A DNA stretch of 64,000 nt. Source: an uncultured virus (IMG/VR IMGVR_UViG_2061766007_000727) (Duplodnaviria > Heunggongvirae > Uroviricota > Caudoviricetes). Below are positions 22,030-35,048 of this stretch, one piece after another (position 1 is the stretch's first letter; each line of letters begins with the position of its first letter). Below the pieces are notes generated by a model that was not told where the DNA came from, made no database searches, and worked only from the letters and a program-made list of their open reading frames with translations. A program made the translations under genes and the position numbers. Location of the stretch: IMG/VR virus record IMGVR_UViG_2061766007_000727. One strand, given 5' to 3'.

Positions 22030-22606
22030 AAAGTGTTGATAGGAAAAAGAAAAGGTGTTTGCGCAGACGAGAAATCTCTGTGTATAATCTCCTAAATTCG
22101 GTGGAAATCCTTAATATAAAGGCTGCTTCGGTAGAAGTATAAGAGTAAGTCATAGGCATTGTATGGTGGAACTTTTGTATTAAACGCACTAACCAATAAT
22201 GTGTAAGGACTATACCGAGCGAAAATAGTACAATCGTGCAGAGACCAGACTGTTAGAGCGAGGTAGCAACTCGTGAATATGGGAACTACTATAATCGTGT
22301 AGAGACTGAATAGGAGATACCTATAGTTGGAATTATCATTATACTTATTAGCATAATATATCTTAGTGCCTACTTTGACGTGATGAAGGCTTGATAATCC
22401 TTCATAAGTATATTACAATGATTACTTGCAAGAATTTCAATATGGTAATGTCAGTCAAGACCACAACAGACAATAAGGTTGAAAATCCGAGATTGTGTAA
22501 ATCGAAAATGTAGTTATTCGACATTAAGTCTTGTAATGAATTGTTTGGCTATGGTAACATAGAGTGGTAGTTTTTCGATGTCTTTTGTTTTTTCTATCAA
22601 CGCTTT
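22030..22606 (+). ncRNA. free-standing group I intron-like ribozyme enclosed by a ~30-bp terminal helix
   Basis: P3, P4, P5, P6, P7, P8 and P9.0 pairings are all readable; own promoter at 21981-22010; no interrupted ORF or tRNA. Confidence 0.75.
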
Positions 22607-22635
22607 TATTTTAAAAAACGATAAACAAAAGAGTT

Positions 22636-25600
22636 ATGGTTATAAAGACATTTTCCGATGGGACGCAGAAACTCAACACGGACAGATACGAGCAGTATCC
22701 GATAAGGTATAGTGACGAGGAGATACTTGCGGTCATAGACCACGAAGTGAGTACGAGTGTTCCAATTCCAGAAGTCAAGTTACTGATGCGTTACACGAAG
22801 TGGTTGGACAGGCGTGGGTTCTTTAGGGAAGACCTTCAATGTGATTTTGAGCATCAGATAGAGACGTTTTTAAAGGATTTTAATGTGGATAATTAAATAA
22901 AAGAGTTATGACTGAATTAGGAGAAAAAGTGTTCAACGATGCTAACAAGTGGTGGATTGACGCAGCACTACAAGGTAACGTAAAGGCTACTGATTTGATA
23001 AAGAAGACCATTGAGTTAATGGAAGAAGCGTATGAAAATCAATTCAGAGACAAGATAGACGAGCGGGTTGAGGAGATAGCGATGCAGAGGGCGAAGGACA
23101 TCAATGGTATTCCTGTTCGGACTTTGATTGCGAAGGACATAGTCACCACAATGATAGGTGGCGGACTGAAAGTGAAGAACGTAGATGCGGCAAGAATGGC
23201 GGTTGATATGACAGACGAGTTGTTGAAAGCATTAAAAAAATAACATACTATGAATAAGGAAGAATTAGAGCGGTTACGCACCGCATACGAGTTTGAAGTA
23301 GCCTTGTATAAAGGCAAGGGAGAGATAATCACTTTTGAGCAGTGGTTAAAGGATAAGGGGATTAAAGTTGATACCGACAAGGTTAACTCAACCGACTTAG
23401 ACAAGCCTTCGTTAAACCAGATTGGTATGTGTACATTAAAGATAGGTACGGATATGGGAGGCAGTGATGTCACAACGGTCGCTTACATAGATTTCGAAAA
23501 GGAGCAGATGAATATATCAATGGATTAAGAGAGGAGATGGGATTATGAGTGAGAATGATTTATATAAATACATAGGCATATTATTGCTGATAAATATTCT
23601 TTCAGTGCTCTATATGTTGTTTATGCACTGTAATCTGGGTGCTGACACTTATGATTGGAAGTGGGACACTAAGAAAAATGAGAATATAGCGTATGGATTG
23701 GTGATAAGTTGTATAGTGATAATTGGCATTCTTATGACATTTAGAACGATGGAAGTGATTGGGTTATGAGTATAGCAATAAAAACGTTTATGTACAAACC
23801 GCCATCTGTATCACAAATAAGGGTTGTAGCGTTAGATTCAGAAGATAATGTCACGGAAGTGGTGTGGCAGTCAGAAAAGTTCAATCCGCCTGTATATAGT
23901 TTTGATAACGAGTGGTATGAAGGATTGAAGTATACGAGCAGTGTGTATGATATGACAGACTATGAAAATATACCAGAGTTAGAATTTCAGATATTAGTCG
24001 ATAATGAGTGGAAATACTATTCTAATGTAGTTAATGATTATTACAATTTATGAGCAAGATACATATAACGATAGAAGATGGCATTGAGCCAGTGGTAGCG
24101 TTAGACCACGTAAGGAGTGTGGTGAAGCACGGAAGGATAAGTAAGAACGATACGATGTATTGTTACTTGACGTTGTTTCCAGACGGAACGATGGTGCAGA
24201 CGAATGATTACAGAAAGAGTGATTGTTTTGTGGTGTACAAGGATAGAAGAAGAAATAAAGAGTAAGTGATATGAGAGTACCGACAAAGAAGAATGTCAAT
24301 TGGAACTTGAAAAGAAGAATATTCAAGTTAAAGAAACGCATAAGACGTTGGTGGGAACGATATGTCCATAGGATGGAGATAAGACGTTACATTAACGATA
24401 ATGAGAGTTATGTGGTTAAGGCTATCAGTTTGAAGGGAGAATACACAATAACAATAGATAGTTCTGTGTATTACGATAGAGACTATGTTTACGCTTACAA
24501 GTTGATAGCGATGAAATATGGATTAGATATGAGCATCAGTAACACTCGTGTTGCAAGTTTGTATTTGATAACACTTAAAAAAAGACAATAAGTATGGAAG
24601 TAACGAGTTTAGAACAATCGAAGGCTCTGTTGGAGAGCGGACTGAAAAGGGAGAGTGCAGACCTATGGTGGATAGAGTGTTACCAAAGTATATGGGTTGG
24701 CAACGATGAGGAGGGCAAAAACCTTGAGTATGCGGATGAGCCGATATACTATTTAAGTTTCATCAACGAGGCAATACACGACACGACACAGGACAAGAAG
24801 GTTGCTATACCTGCTTGGAGTTTGGGAAGGTTGTTGAGGATGTTCAAGGACAAGACCTTTGAGTTGAACGTGTATAACAAAATGTGGTCTGCATCAAGTG
24901 GTTTTGATATAGAGCAAGAAGAACATTGGACATATCAAGAGTTCGATGAGACACCGATAGGTGCGGTGGTGAAGTTGATACTTAAACTGAAAAAGGAAGG
25001 AGTTGACTTTATATTAACAATTTAAAACAACAATTATGAGCATGAGTGAATGGGCAGAGCGAGAATGTAGAATCGCCTGCAAGAGAGAGAATCCAGATTT
25101 TGATTTTGATTCGGATGAGTTTGACTACGGATGTAGTTGTTACAAGTCAGCGTTAAAGGCTTATAAATCGCTGATGGAAGATGGACACAGTGGTGCGAGT
25201 TTCGGCTTTACCAAGAACATCTTGATTAGGCTGATGGAGGGACAGCCCTTGACACCGATAACAGACAAAGACTTCTTTGAAGGGGATAATTTAAGATGTT
25301 TGGGAGATGATGAGTATTTGAAAGAACGAGGATTGAAGTCGGACATACAATGTCCGAGAATGTCAAGTCTGTTCAGAAAGGAGACGTTGGATGGTAAGGT
25401 AACGTACCACGATGTTGACAGAGCGTACTTTGTGGACATTGAAAATCCTTCAAACACTTATTCATCTTGTGTTAGTTTCCTTGACGAGTTAGTTCCCATA
25501 ACGATGCCGTATGTGCCGCAGAATGGGAAGTACAAGATATATGCGCAGGAGTTCTTGACAGACAAGAAGAACGGAGATTTCGACACAAGGGGAGTGATAT

Positions 25601-26082
25601 ATATGACAACACCGAGTGGCGAGAGAATTGACTTGAATCTGTACTACACGACAATCAACGATGAATGGGTGCAGATACCGAAGGCACAGTATGACGAACT
25701 GCTTGCGAAACGAATAGACAAGTTGAGTGAGAAGGTTGCGGACAAGTTGATATGGACGTTGTTAAGCAACTCATCCGATGAGAAGGAGAGCGAGAGGAGG
25801 AATGCCGCTTATAACAAGATGAGCGATGAGTGGAAGACAAGGGTACGGAACAAGTTGGTTGAGTTGTGCAAGTTCTTTGAGAAGGAAGAAAACTACAAGT
25901 GGAATACGTTCAATATGGAACAGAAGTTGTGCAAGGGAGAAGCGAGTGTTACAAATTCGGCAGAAACACTATACAAACTATATGAAGGTGTCAGTGATTT
26001 GGAAGATATTGCGGAGTTTATGACAGTAATATTAGAAACATTGAACAACAAGGATGTTACAAAAGATGATATGAAACACTAA
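22636..26082 (+). CDS. cluster of hypothetical genes (22636, 22908, 23250, 23545 TM, 23766, 24050, 24271, 24594, 25036-26082)
   Basis: Tightly packed + strand ORFs; 24594 is a paralog of 10394. Confidence 0.75.
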
Positions 26083-26229
26083 TTATTTGGTTGTCAACCA
26101 TTAAAGCATCGAGCAGAAATGTTCGGTGCTTTTTTTGTAAAAAAATAACAAAATTTGTATTATATAATTAAAAAGTTATTACTTTTGCAGACACCGATAT
26201 TGGTAAAACAATTAAAAACAAAAAGAGTT

Positions 26230-26916
26230 ATGAAGATTTACAGTACGATGGACTATTCAAAGTTCAAGACATTGGTTGGCAACCGAGTTGTTGACCACGC
26301 AAAGAATGTGGCGAAGTCGATAGAGAAGATAGACTTGACCGCATACAATCCGATACTTGTTACGGATGAGTTTGAGATTCTGGACGGGCAGAACCGTTTT
26401 GAGGCTTGCAAGATGTTGGGTAAGCCGATTTACTATCTTGTGTGTGATTCGGACATACCTGCGGCAGACATCATACGAGCGTTGAACACCACGCAGAGGA
26501 ATTGGCGTATGGAGGACTACGTTCAGTCGTGGGTTGACTTGGGGAACGATAGAATGATTGACTTCGTGAATTGGGCGGACAAGTACGGCTTTGATGACAA
26601 GCACTACGGAGTGGCAGGGAAGATGTATATGGGAATAAACCGCACACCGACAAGCGAGATGAGAGACGGAACGTTGTTGGACAAGTGGAATGGTGCTGAT
26701 GAGTTGGCGGAGTGGATATGTGCGGTGAGAGAGAAGGGAGTACCATATTGGACGAACTCACGGTTTGTTGATGGTGCTATGGCTTTCTTCAAGACGCACA
26801 CGGAGAAGGAGATGAAGAAGGTGTTGAAACACATAGACAAGATTGCGCAGTACGGAAGCGGACAGGCGTATGTGAACCGAATGCAGCAGATAGTGGATGC
26901 GGTGAAGGTAAGGTGA
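26230..26916 (+). CDS. ParB/Srx N-terminal-like domain protein
   Basis: NPILVTDEFEILDGQNRFEACKMLG motif; ATG 26230 after promoter 26180-26187. Confidence 0.8.
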   Translation: MKIYSTMDYSKFKTLVGNRVVDHAKNVAKSIEKIDLTAYNPILVTDEFEILDGQNRFEACKMLGKPIYYLVCDSDIPAADIIRALNTTQRNWRMEDYVQSWVDLGNDRMIDFVNWADKYGFDDKHYGVAGKMYMGINRTPTSEMRDGTLLDKWNGADELAEWICAVREKGVPYWTNSRFVDGAMAFFKTHTEKEMKKVLKHIDKIAQYGSGQAYVNRMQQIVDAVKVR

Positions 26917-27111
26917 TGTTATGTGTTGTTTGTTAAAAAGAGAAGTCTGTATTTTTCCATAACTTCTTTTTTGAAGGGAAGCATCGAATAAATAAGTTCG
27001 GTGCTTTTTTTTTGTAAAAAAAATAACAAAAAATGTATTACGTATTAAAATAATGTATATATTTGCGAAGTGATAAACAAAAATGAATGTTGAACTTAAA
27101 AATTAAAGGTT

Positions 27112-28370
27112 ATGGAAAGGGGAAATGAGGTATATGTTAGTGCTGATGGTACACATTGGTACAGCGCAATCTTTGATACTAAATCAACAAATGGACGTTA
27201 TTACGTTAAAGGGTACGATAGAGGTTTAAGATTTTGCAAAGAATCACTTGATGAAAGCGATGTCTATAAGGGTGTGTTTAATCATTGTGAAGTATTTTGT
27301 ATTTGAAAGAGGATGCTATTATGAAAACAGAGATGAAGTGGTACGGGAAATTGTTTTTCTGGTTATGCTTTGCGTATTGGGTGTTCCAGATAAGCAGGAT
27401 ATGGATTGATTACTCGCAGTATGTTTACTTCTGGGAGAGTAACTTTTAAAAGATTTGAGTTATGGCAACAGATAGGAGAGCATATTACAGAGAGTACAAC
27501 AAGCGCAAGGGGGACAGGCACAAAAAAGGGTACTATACAGAGTACAACAAGAAGCACCCAGAGCGTTTGAATCGTGGGTACACGAAGGGGTATGTGAACG
27601 GAAACGTGTCGGAGGGCAGGTTGGATAAAAAGGAGTGGTTAAACAAGACGTTGGGAGTATATGTTGTCGGACACGATGAGTTCGGTATGCCGATAACGAA
27701 CAATGCGATGACCAACCTGCTGATTGAAAAAGAGTGGCAGTGGCACGATGACGATTGGTTTGAAGGAATGAACGATGAATAAACACTATATTTTAAAAAA
27801 AATAACTTATTATGAGTACATTAGCAGATGTTATGATTAAACTGGTTCAAAAAAATCTAACCGAAGAAGAGTTAAATATTGCGGAATCAATATGCACTGA
27901 TTTCGTAAAGTCGAATCCGATACACGAATGGTGTTACAGAGTATGGGTTAAGAGTTTCTACGAGGGGGAGGACGCTGACAGAGTTGAGGAGAAGTTCGGA
28001 GTGTACGAGAGAGTGTTTACGGAGAAGTCGGATGCGGATGAGTATATGGAGAAGGTGAAGGCTGACTTGAGCGAATTGGGATACCATCCGTTTGAAAGTG
28101 CTTACAAGTTTTATGATTGTGCAGTGATGGATTCAACGTTACTGCTGAATTGGAATAACGTAAGATTTTGGTGATATGGTATTCTACAATATAAACACCG
28201 TTCCTGTTGACAAGGACACATTTGATGGTACTGTCAAGTTCTGTGATGACAACGCACTTGCGTATTGTGTATCAAGACGTAATGACAAAAGCCACAACTA
28301 CTACCATTATATCAATGTGAATAATGATGTGCTTATGGTTGTGATATTAAAGAAATTGTTAAATAAATAA
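27112..28370 (+). CDS. small hypothetical early genes (27112, 27462, 27812, 28176)
   Basis: ORF track; early cassette at 26979-27111. Confidence 0.65.
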
Positions 28371-28374
28371 GGTT

Positions 28375-28743
28375 ATGAGAACGATAAAATTTAGGGGAAA
28401 GAGAACAGATGGTGGAGGATGGGTTTATGGTGATTTGTTAACAAACAACCCCACACCGCAGATATTGGCGTTCTGCGGTCAGTATTTGGTTGATGAGGAC
28501 ACCATTGGTCAGTACACAGGCTTGGTTGACAAGAACGGCAAGGAAATCTTCGATGGTGATATTGTTAGAGATTCGGAGGGTAGGATTTCATACGTAAAAT
28601 GGTTGATTCAAAGATGTGGTTTTGTTTTGGTGTATAAGCGATTTGATAAAGATATAACAGGTTCGTATGGTAAGATAGAGCATCTTGAAGTCATCGACAA
28701 CATTCACGATAACCCAGAATTAATTAAAAGAGAAATAATATGA
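28375..28743 (+). CDS. YopX family protein
   Basis: MRTIKFRGK...WVYGDL...TIGQYTGLVDKNGKEIFDGDIV...EVIDNIHDNPEL. Confidence 0.9.
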   Translation: MRTIKFRGKRTDGGGWVYGDLLTNNPTPQILAFCGQYLVDEDTIGQYTGLVDKNGKEIFDGDIVRDSEGRISYVKWLIQRCGFVLVYKRFDKDITGSYGKIEHLEVIDNIHDNPELIKREII

Positions 28744-28936
28744 GATACATACACGACATAGCGCACTGCAAGTCGGATACTTGCAAGCGCAGGAAGGAAT
28801 GCTATCGGTGGAACGCATACCAAGAGGCAACAGAGTATGCCAAGCAAGAGAACCCAGAGATATACACCATATCGGTGTTGTTGGTAGAGAATCCGAGCGA
28901 ATGTAAGAATTTTATGGAGGATGACACTTTATAACA

Positions 28937-29725
28937 ATGATAGAGCGAGTTAAGATAACGGACAACAAGAACGCAACAAAGAGGTATCTTTACGAGTTAT
29001 CTGCGTTCAAGAACGGAAAGGAGTACACGTTCACAGACGGTGTAAATATCATTGTGGGTGAGAACGGCTGCGGCAAGACAACGCTGCTTAACCTTATAAG
29101 GGATTACTTGATGGTAGATGGTGAGTGGTGCGGAAAGGGTTTGTTCAATACCAATATTGACAAGATTCTCAATGGCTCACTGCTTGATGATGTAAGACCA
29201 ATAAAAGGTGGTGTTGATGTGTTTGCCGACTACGAGTTGAACACGTTCAATTATACACCTTTTGAGAACAGAAGCAACGATGACTTTTTGGAAACAGGCA
29301 GATATTCCGAGATTGCGCTGAATATGGATAGTAACTTGATGAGCAAGGGACAGAAGACCACGTTTGCGTTGAGTACGTTGTTTCAGAAGATGTTCGGTAA
29401 GAACGCAGTGTTGAAGTTTGACTACAAGAGCGTGTTTGGCAGGTACGAATCCTATATGGAGTACATAGAGAAACACAGGATTGAGAATAACAAGGTGTGG
29501 ACTATCTTGATGGATGAGCCAGATAGTTCTGTTGATATAGACCATATAATTGAGTTGTATGACATATTATCATATAAGAAAGAACATACGCAGATAATAT
29601 GTGTTATTCATAATCCGTTCTTGATTGCGAAGTTGGCTGATGTGAAGGAAGTGAATATGATAGAGATGAGCAGGGGTTATGTCAAGAAGATAAAGAAGGA
29701 AGTGGAACAATTTAATAAAATGTAG
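28937..29725 (+). CDS. ABC/AAA-type ATPase
   Basis: Walker A GENGCGKTT, signature-like SKGQ, Walker B LMDEPD, H-loop VIHNP. Confidence 0.85.
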   Translation: MIERVKITDNKNATKRYLYELSAFKNGKEYTFTDGVNIIVGENGCGKTTLLNLIRDYLMVDGEWCGKGLFNTNIDKILNGSLLDDVRPIKGGVDVFADYELNTFNYTPFENRSNDDFLETGRYSEIALNMDSNLMSKGQKTTFALSTLFQKMFGKNAVLKFDYKSVFGRYESYMEYIEKHRIENNKVWTILMDEPDSSVDIDHIIELYDILSYKKEHTQIICVIHNPFLIAKLADVKEVNMIEMSRGYVKKIKKEVEQFNKM

Positions 29726-29727
29726 TT

Positions 29728-31095
29728 ATGGAGTTTACGTTAAGACAAGCATCGGATTGGAGTTTTGAGAAGAAGGTGGATATTCAACAGATTGAGGATT
29801 TGATACCATTCACAAATGTAGATGGGTTAGGTACGTGCGGATTCAAAGCACCATACGAGTTAATCATCAACCTTCAAGAGAAAAAGATTACTATTTATGA
29901 CACTTATGTAGAGTAACTGAAATTATAAATATTATGGGAAAGAGTTATGACAAGGCTTTGGGTGATATAAGCCGATGGATAGTGAACAAGGATGACAAGC
30001 AGGAATCGGTTAAGGAGAAGATACACCGACTGAACCTTGTGTTGAGCAGTATGCTGAACGCACAGACACCGAGTGAGTTAGATGATGTGGTGTTCGGATT
30101 CACGGAACACGCAGATGATGTGAAAGGGATGAAGATATGAGCAAGGATATAATAAGAGTAGATTGGATAGACTCATGTGCGTCCAACACGAATTGGATGA
30201 TGGAGTCGGAGTTTGAGGGGATGGAAGCAGAACCCATCAAGATAACAACCGTAGGTGTCAAGGTGTTGGATGATGAGAGGTACATTGTGGTGGCGCAGAA
30301 CTATGGTGTGAATCCGAAGCAGTTCTGCTCACTGATGAGCATACCAAAGGGTTGCATAGAGAGAGAGTACATAATGGATAAAATAGAGTTTGAGGATGAT
30401 TAAGTATAGTTTCAAAATACCGCTTTATTACGTGGATGTTACACTGATTCAAGTCGAGAGTAAGAAAGACGCAGATTCAGTTGAAACCATCTTGAAGAAC
30501 ATCAAGACAGACAAGGAATACCTTGATGACACAGTGGGTAACATCAAACGTGGATGTAGGAATGGTGGTGACACATACAGGAACTTGGACTTGAAAAGAT
30601 TTGTAGTTATCTTCTACCGCATGTCGAGTGAGAAGAACCGAGACAATTGTTACTCGCACGAGAAACGGCATATAGAGGACAGAGTGCTTGAATGGTATAG
30701 TGTGAATGACATTGAATCCGCAGGACTGCTCGCAGGCTTTTTAGGGGAGAAATTTCATGATTTTGAGAAGATGCAGAGGAAAGCATAGTTATCAACAACA
30801 TAATGTTATATATATATGTAGTACATATTAAACAAAACTTATCATGGATACGGACAAGAGAATAGAGGAACTGATAACGGAGGCTCTGCACGATATGGAG
30901 GGGTTCTGTTTGAAGAACGAGGTGAAACCGAATAGCATAGTGGTTATACTGACGCACTGCTTGCTGAACTACGCTATGGCTTTGTCGGACATCAAGGGTA
31001 CTGAACGCAAGGCAGGGTTGAGGAAACTGCTTGACTTTGTGGAGAGAGAAGGTAACAACTATGTTGACCTACCCCACCCAGACTATAACAAATAA
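29728..31095 (+). CDS. small hypothetical genes (29728, 29934, 30137, 30390 with HExxH, 30844)
   Basis: ORF track; SHEKRH in 30390 suggests a metallopeptidase-like fold. Confidence 0.65.
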
Positions 31096-31118
31096 TCATT
31101 TAAAAACCGAACAACAAT

Positions 31119-31556
31119 ATGGAAGAAATTAGGGGATTCAAGCGTATGTTGGCAGGGAATGTTCCGCCAGACGAGTGGGTGTATGTGCTTGTGGATGACA
31201 TAGGCGGATACATAACGAGAAGGTACAACTATTTAATCACAGTGGTGTCAAAGATGTTCGATGTGAGCAGAGATGAACTGACGAGCATATCGAGGGAGTA
31301 TCCGTTGCCTGTTTACAGAACGATGATATGGTGTGTGTTGAGGGAAGATGGTTACAGTACGAACCAGATAGCGAGAGTTGTGAACAGAGACCATTCAACA
31401 ATAGTGGTGCAGACATCAAGGTTCAAGGAATCGTTGAAGTTCGACAAGAAACTTGCGGTTGAGTACGATGTGTTCAAGTCAAACACGAACAAAAACCTTG
31501 ACGAGATAATGGTGTACGACATAAAGAACTACAAGGATGAGAAAGTTGTTAAATAG
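31119..31556 (+). CDS. DnaA C-terminal (domain IV-like) HTH protein
   Basis: VSKMFDVSRDELTSISR...YSTNQIARVVNRDHSTIV. Confidence 0.75.
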   Translation: MEEIRGFKRMLAGNVPPDEWVYVLVDDIGGYITRRYNYLITVVSKMFDVSRDELTSISREYPLPVYRTMIWCVLREDGYSTNQIARVVNRDHSTIVVQTSRFKESLKFDKKLAVEYDVFKSNTNKNLDEIMVYDIKNYKDEKVVK

Positions 31557-34380
31557 GTGGATTATTAGGAGAGCGTTAAGTCAGTTCAGCGAGAACAAGG
31601 TGGTGTACAACTCAACGCTGCACACGCATTTTAGAGAAGATGGTATCAAGACGAAGGGAAGGTTCAACATTATGTTGTGTGTCCTGCTTGAGATTCAGTC
31701 GAAGTACGACAGGTTTCTTGGTATAAAGAATATCGGAATAGACGAAGACGAGAGTTGTATCAAGGTTAACATTGAGTTGAACAAGGTGTCAAGACTGATA
31801 ACGTTCAGAAGTGAGATGGAAAATGAGTTGGAGAAGGTGTTTGGAAAAAAAGTAAGCATACAAATGAAGTATGTGAACAAGTTATACGGATTGGATTTCT
31901 ACGATGTTATATAAACGATTCATTCATTTTTAATAATTTTTTAGATGGGTAAGGGGAATGTCGTGATAACGTACCCCTTATTTTTTTTGAAAAAAATTGC
32001 AAATGGGTGTTGCAGATAATAAAATAAGTATTACTTTTGTAATCGATGTTTAACAAACTTAAATGATAAAAGAGTTATGAGACTTTATTTAGCGAGATTC
32101 AGTGAGCCTGTAGAGTGGTTCACATACAGAGACAAGTTTGACAAGGAGAAGGGTGAGTGGATTGAGAACGGAAAGGAGATACGTCATTTTGAGAAGGAGG
32201 TTGAGTTCTACACCGCCACAGATGCGAAAAAGTTCATCAAGGAACACCTTGATGTTTTTGAGAGTTGCGCCATAATGAAGGTGTACTCAAACGGAGATTG
32301 GATTCCGTGCGGAGAGTTGGACATCAAGGGTAACAACAGTAGGTTTGTTGCCAACAAAGGGATGGATAACTATAATTACTAAAGCGATGAACGGATACTA
32401 TTACGTGGTGGTTGATTCGCTTGGTGAGTTTGTACGAGCGTTCAAGGAGTGGAGAGACGCACAAACCTTCTACGTTAACAGGGGCGGTGCGATGAGCGGT
32501 TGGAGGATACAACAGAGAGTTTCAAAATATTGAAGCCTTATGAAAAGACCAATCAAGGATATAAGTTTCTTGCAGACCTTTGAGTACGATGGCAAATTGT
32601 GGTACAGAGGTTATGAGGATGAGAAGTTTATCAGTTGCTTTACAGTCAAGGAAGACGAGAAGGGTTATGCGATAGAGAGTATGTCGTTGTTGAAGGACAC
32701 GAAGGTGGATGTGAGTTATTTCTAAATTCAAATAGTTATGTTAACAATCAAAGACAAGATTTACTATTTCGGTGGCAATATGAGTATGTGCCACTTGAAG
32801 GTGATGTTCAACGAGGATTCAAGGTTCTACGGTATGTTACCTTATGACATCCGAGACATGGTGGAGAAAAGGTTCATCCACAAGCACAAGAGATGTGCGA
32901 AGAAAGTTTACAATCCGTTGTTCATGGGATACGAGTTCAACATCAAGGGTGTTGCTCGTTGTAATGAGAACAAAGACGAGTTCAACGAGGAGAAAGGTGC
33001 GAAGATTGCTCTGCACAGAGCGTTGGTGGAGTTGAACAAGTGGGAACTTGAACTGATGGGATGGTATCGGAACGAGTTGGTTAAGATGTACGGAAAGTTA
33101 GATGGTTGGATGGCGAGGACAGAGAACCATATCCAGATAAGTGAAATAGAATTAAAAAGTTTAACAAAATAAAAAGTTTTTATTATGAGTAAAGAGTTTA
33201 AGAAACCCCAAGCAGGGGATTTTGTGGTAACAAGATTTAGAGTAAACGGAATGCCGTTTATGGGTAACGAGACTTGGTTTTATAATGGTGTGCAACTCAT
33301 TAACAACAAAGGCGGAGAGTTCAAGCCTGTGGTTGCGGAGAAATGGGATGACGCATGGGACAAGGATTATCATTGGAGATTTGCAAGTGAGGAGGAAAAA
33401 CACGATTTCATGGTGGATTTGCAAGATAATAAGTTAACCATAGATTTCAGTGATAATACATTGAAAGAGTTTAAATGGGAATATAAAATAAAGTAAAAAA
33501 CAAACAACAATGAGTGCGAAAAAGAGAACCCCTGTAAAGGGTGGCATTGTTATCGTGAAGCACGAAAACAGTGAGGAGACCTATTATTTTGATGGTGTTA
33601 ACTTGATTGATACTACAGGCAAGAGATTCACACCCTTCAATGTGAACGAGAAGAAAAATTGGTGCAAGTTATGGGAGACCGATGATTCTTGGAGGATAGC
33701 GACTATTGATGAGGGTAACGCCTATGTGAAAGAGTTGAGGAAGAACGGATATGATGTCAACTACACCAACTATACCATTGAGAAGGTTGATGATGATGTC
33801 AAGGATGAGGAAGACAAGAAGAAGGTGTTGGCGGAGATTGAAATCAGTTATGATTACGTACCCAACGAGACACCCTACAACGAGACATTTAAGGATTCAG
33901 TGAGTGCTGATGAGTTGCAGGACTACAAGGACGAGATAGTGCGTCTGTGGAAGTTGGTTGAAGAATTAGGTACTATGGCTGATATGAGCATAAGCGGATG
34001 TGACAAAATGACAGACCGCAAGTTCGGACTGATAGGAGAGAAGGCGTTACAGAGATTCCAGAACGTCAAGTCAGACACGTACAACCTTTTCTTCAAGGGT
34101 GAGAAGTTAACCAATAATAATTCAAACAGTAGAATCTACGATTATGGAAAATAACGAGTTGAGAGACAAGGTGGCATCCGACCTGTTCACCAAGATGGTG
34201 ATGCGGTATATGACGGACAATGCGTTCTCCAACTATGTGATGAAGAATGCGAAGAAAGCCAAAGCGGATATAGGAACATTTATGGCTTGTGAGGCGATTA
34301 ATCACGCAGACGGATTTGTTCATATATTAGATGAGAGAAACAAGATTATTAACAATAAGGGTAACAAAATAAAAGGATAG
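31537..34380 (+). CDS. hypothetical genes (31537, 32077, 32540, 32738, 33185, 33510, 34144)
   Basis: ORF track; terminator and early promoter at 31952-32039; 33185 and 33510 share YFDGV.LI..WR.A. Confidence 0.7.
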
Positions 34381-34386
34381 AATGTT

Positions 34387-34875
34387 ATGTTAAGTGTTTT
34401 CTATTATTCAGCGGTAGCCATCATATTGGCTTATTTGGGAGTGACGATTGCCAAGTTCGGCAGGATTCCTGTTTCTATTTCCGACACGTACTATATGTGG
34501 AAGGGGGTTGACAAGGATTGGATGTTCACATTCGTAATGTGGATTGTGGGACTGATGATACTCATCTATTGGGTTACGAGAGCGGAGTTCTACAAGTGTC
34601 AGTTCCTTCCGTTTGTCAGTGTGAGTGGTATGGTGTTCGTTGGCGGTGCTTGTATGTTCAAGGAGACGCTGACGAGAGCGGTGCATTTCACATCGGCAGG
34701 AATATGGGCAGGCAGTGCGGTTGCGTTCTTTGTCGCAAACGGAATATACGTTCCGATGATTGTAGGCTTTATGTTCGGATTTATGGGTTGGATGCTCAAC
34801 AAGCGAGACAACTTCACGTTCTGGGCGGAGATGGCTTGCGTTGTGATGATGATATACGGCATTTGGCTTTTATAA
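34387..34875 (+). CDS. multi-pass membrane protein
   Basis: Five to six hydrophobic segments; terminator at 34910-34946. Confidence 0.8.
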   Translation: MLSVFYYSAVAIILAYLGVTIAKFGRIPVSISDTYYMWKGVDKDWMFTFVMWIVGLMILIYWVTRAEFYKCQFLPFVSVSGMVFVGGACMFKETLTRAVHFTSAGIWAGSAVAFFVANGIYVPMIVGFMFGFMGWMLNKRDNFTFWAEMACVVMMIYGIWLL

Positions 34876-35048
34876 GTAGTTTTCCATAAAAAACAATTTA
34901 TTTGAAGATAGGGGGTTGTTGTGATAACAGTACCCCTATTTTTTTTGAAAAAAGTTACAGACAAGTGTTGTTTGTAACAAAAAATGTATTACTTTTGTAA
35001 TCGGTATTGCAATAGTGCGGTACTGAAACATGTTAAAATTAAAGAGTT

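Noticed and set aside
21968..22189. Minus-strand 73 aa ORF as host gene of the group I-like RNA
   Set aside because: It is on the opposite strand to the ribozyme core and overlaps its promoter; no coding signal
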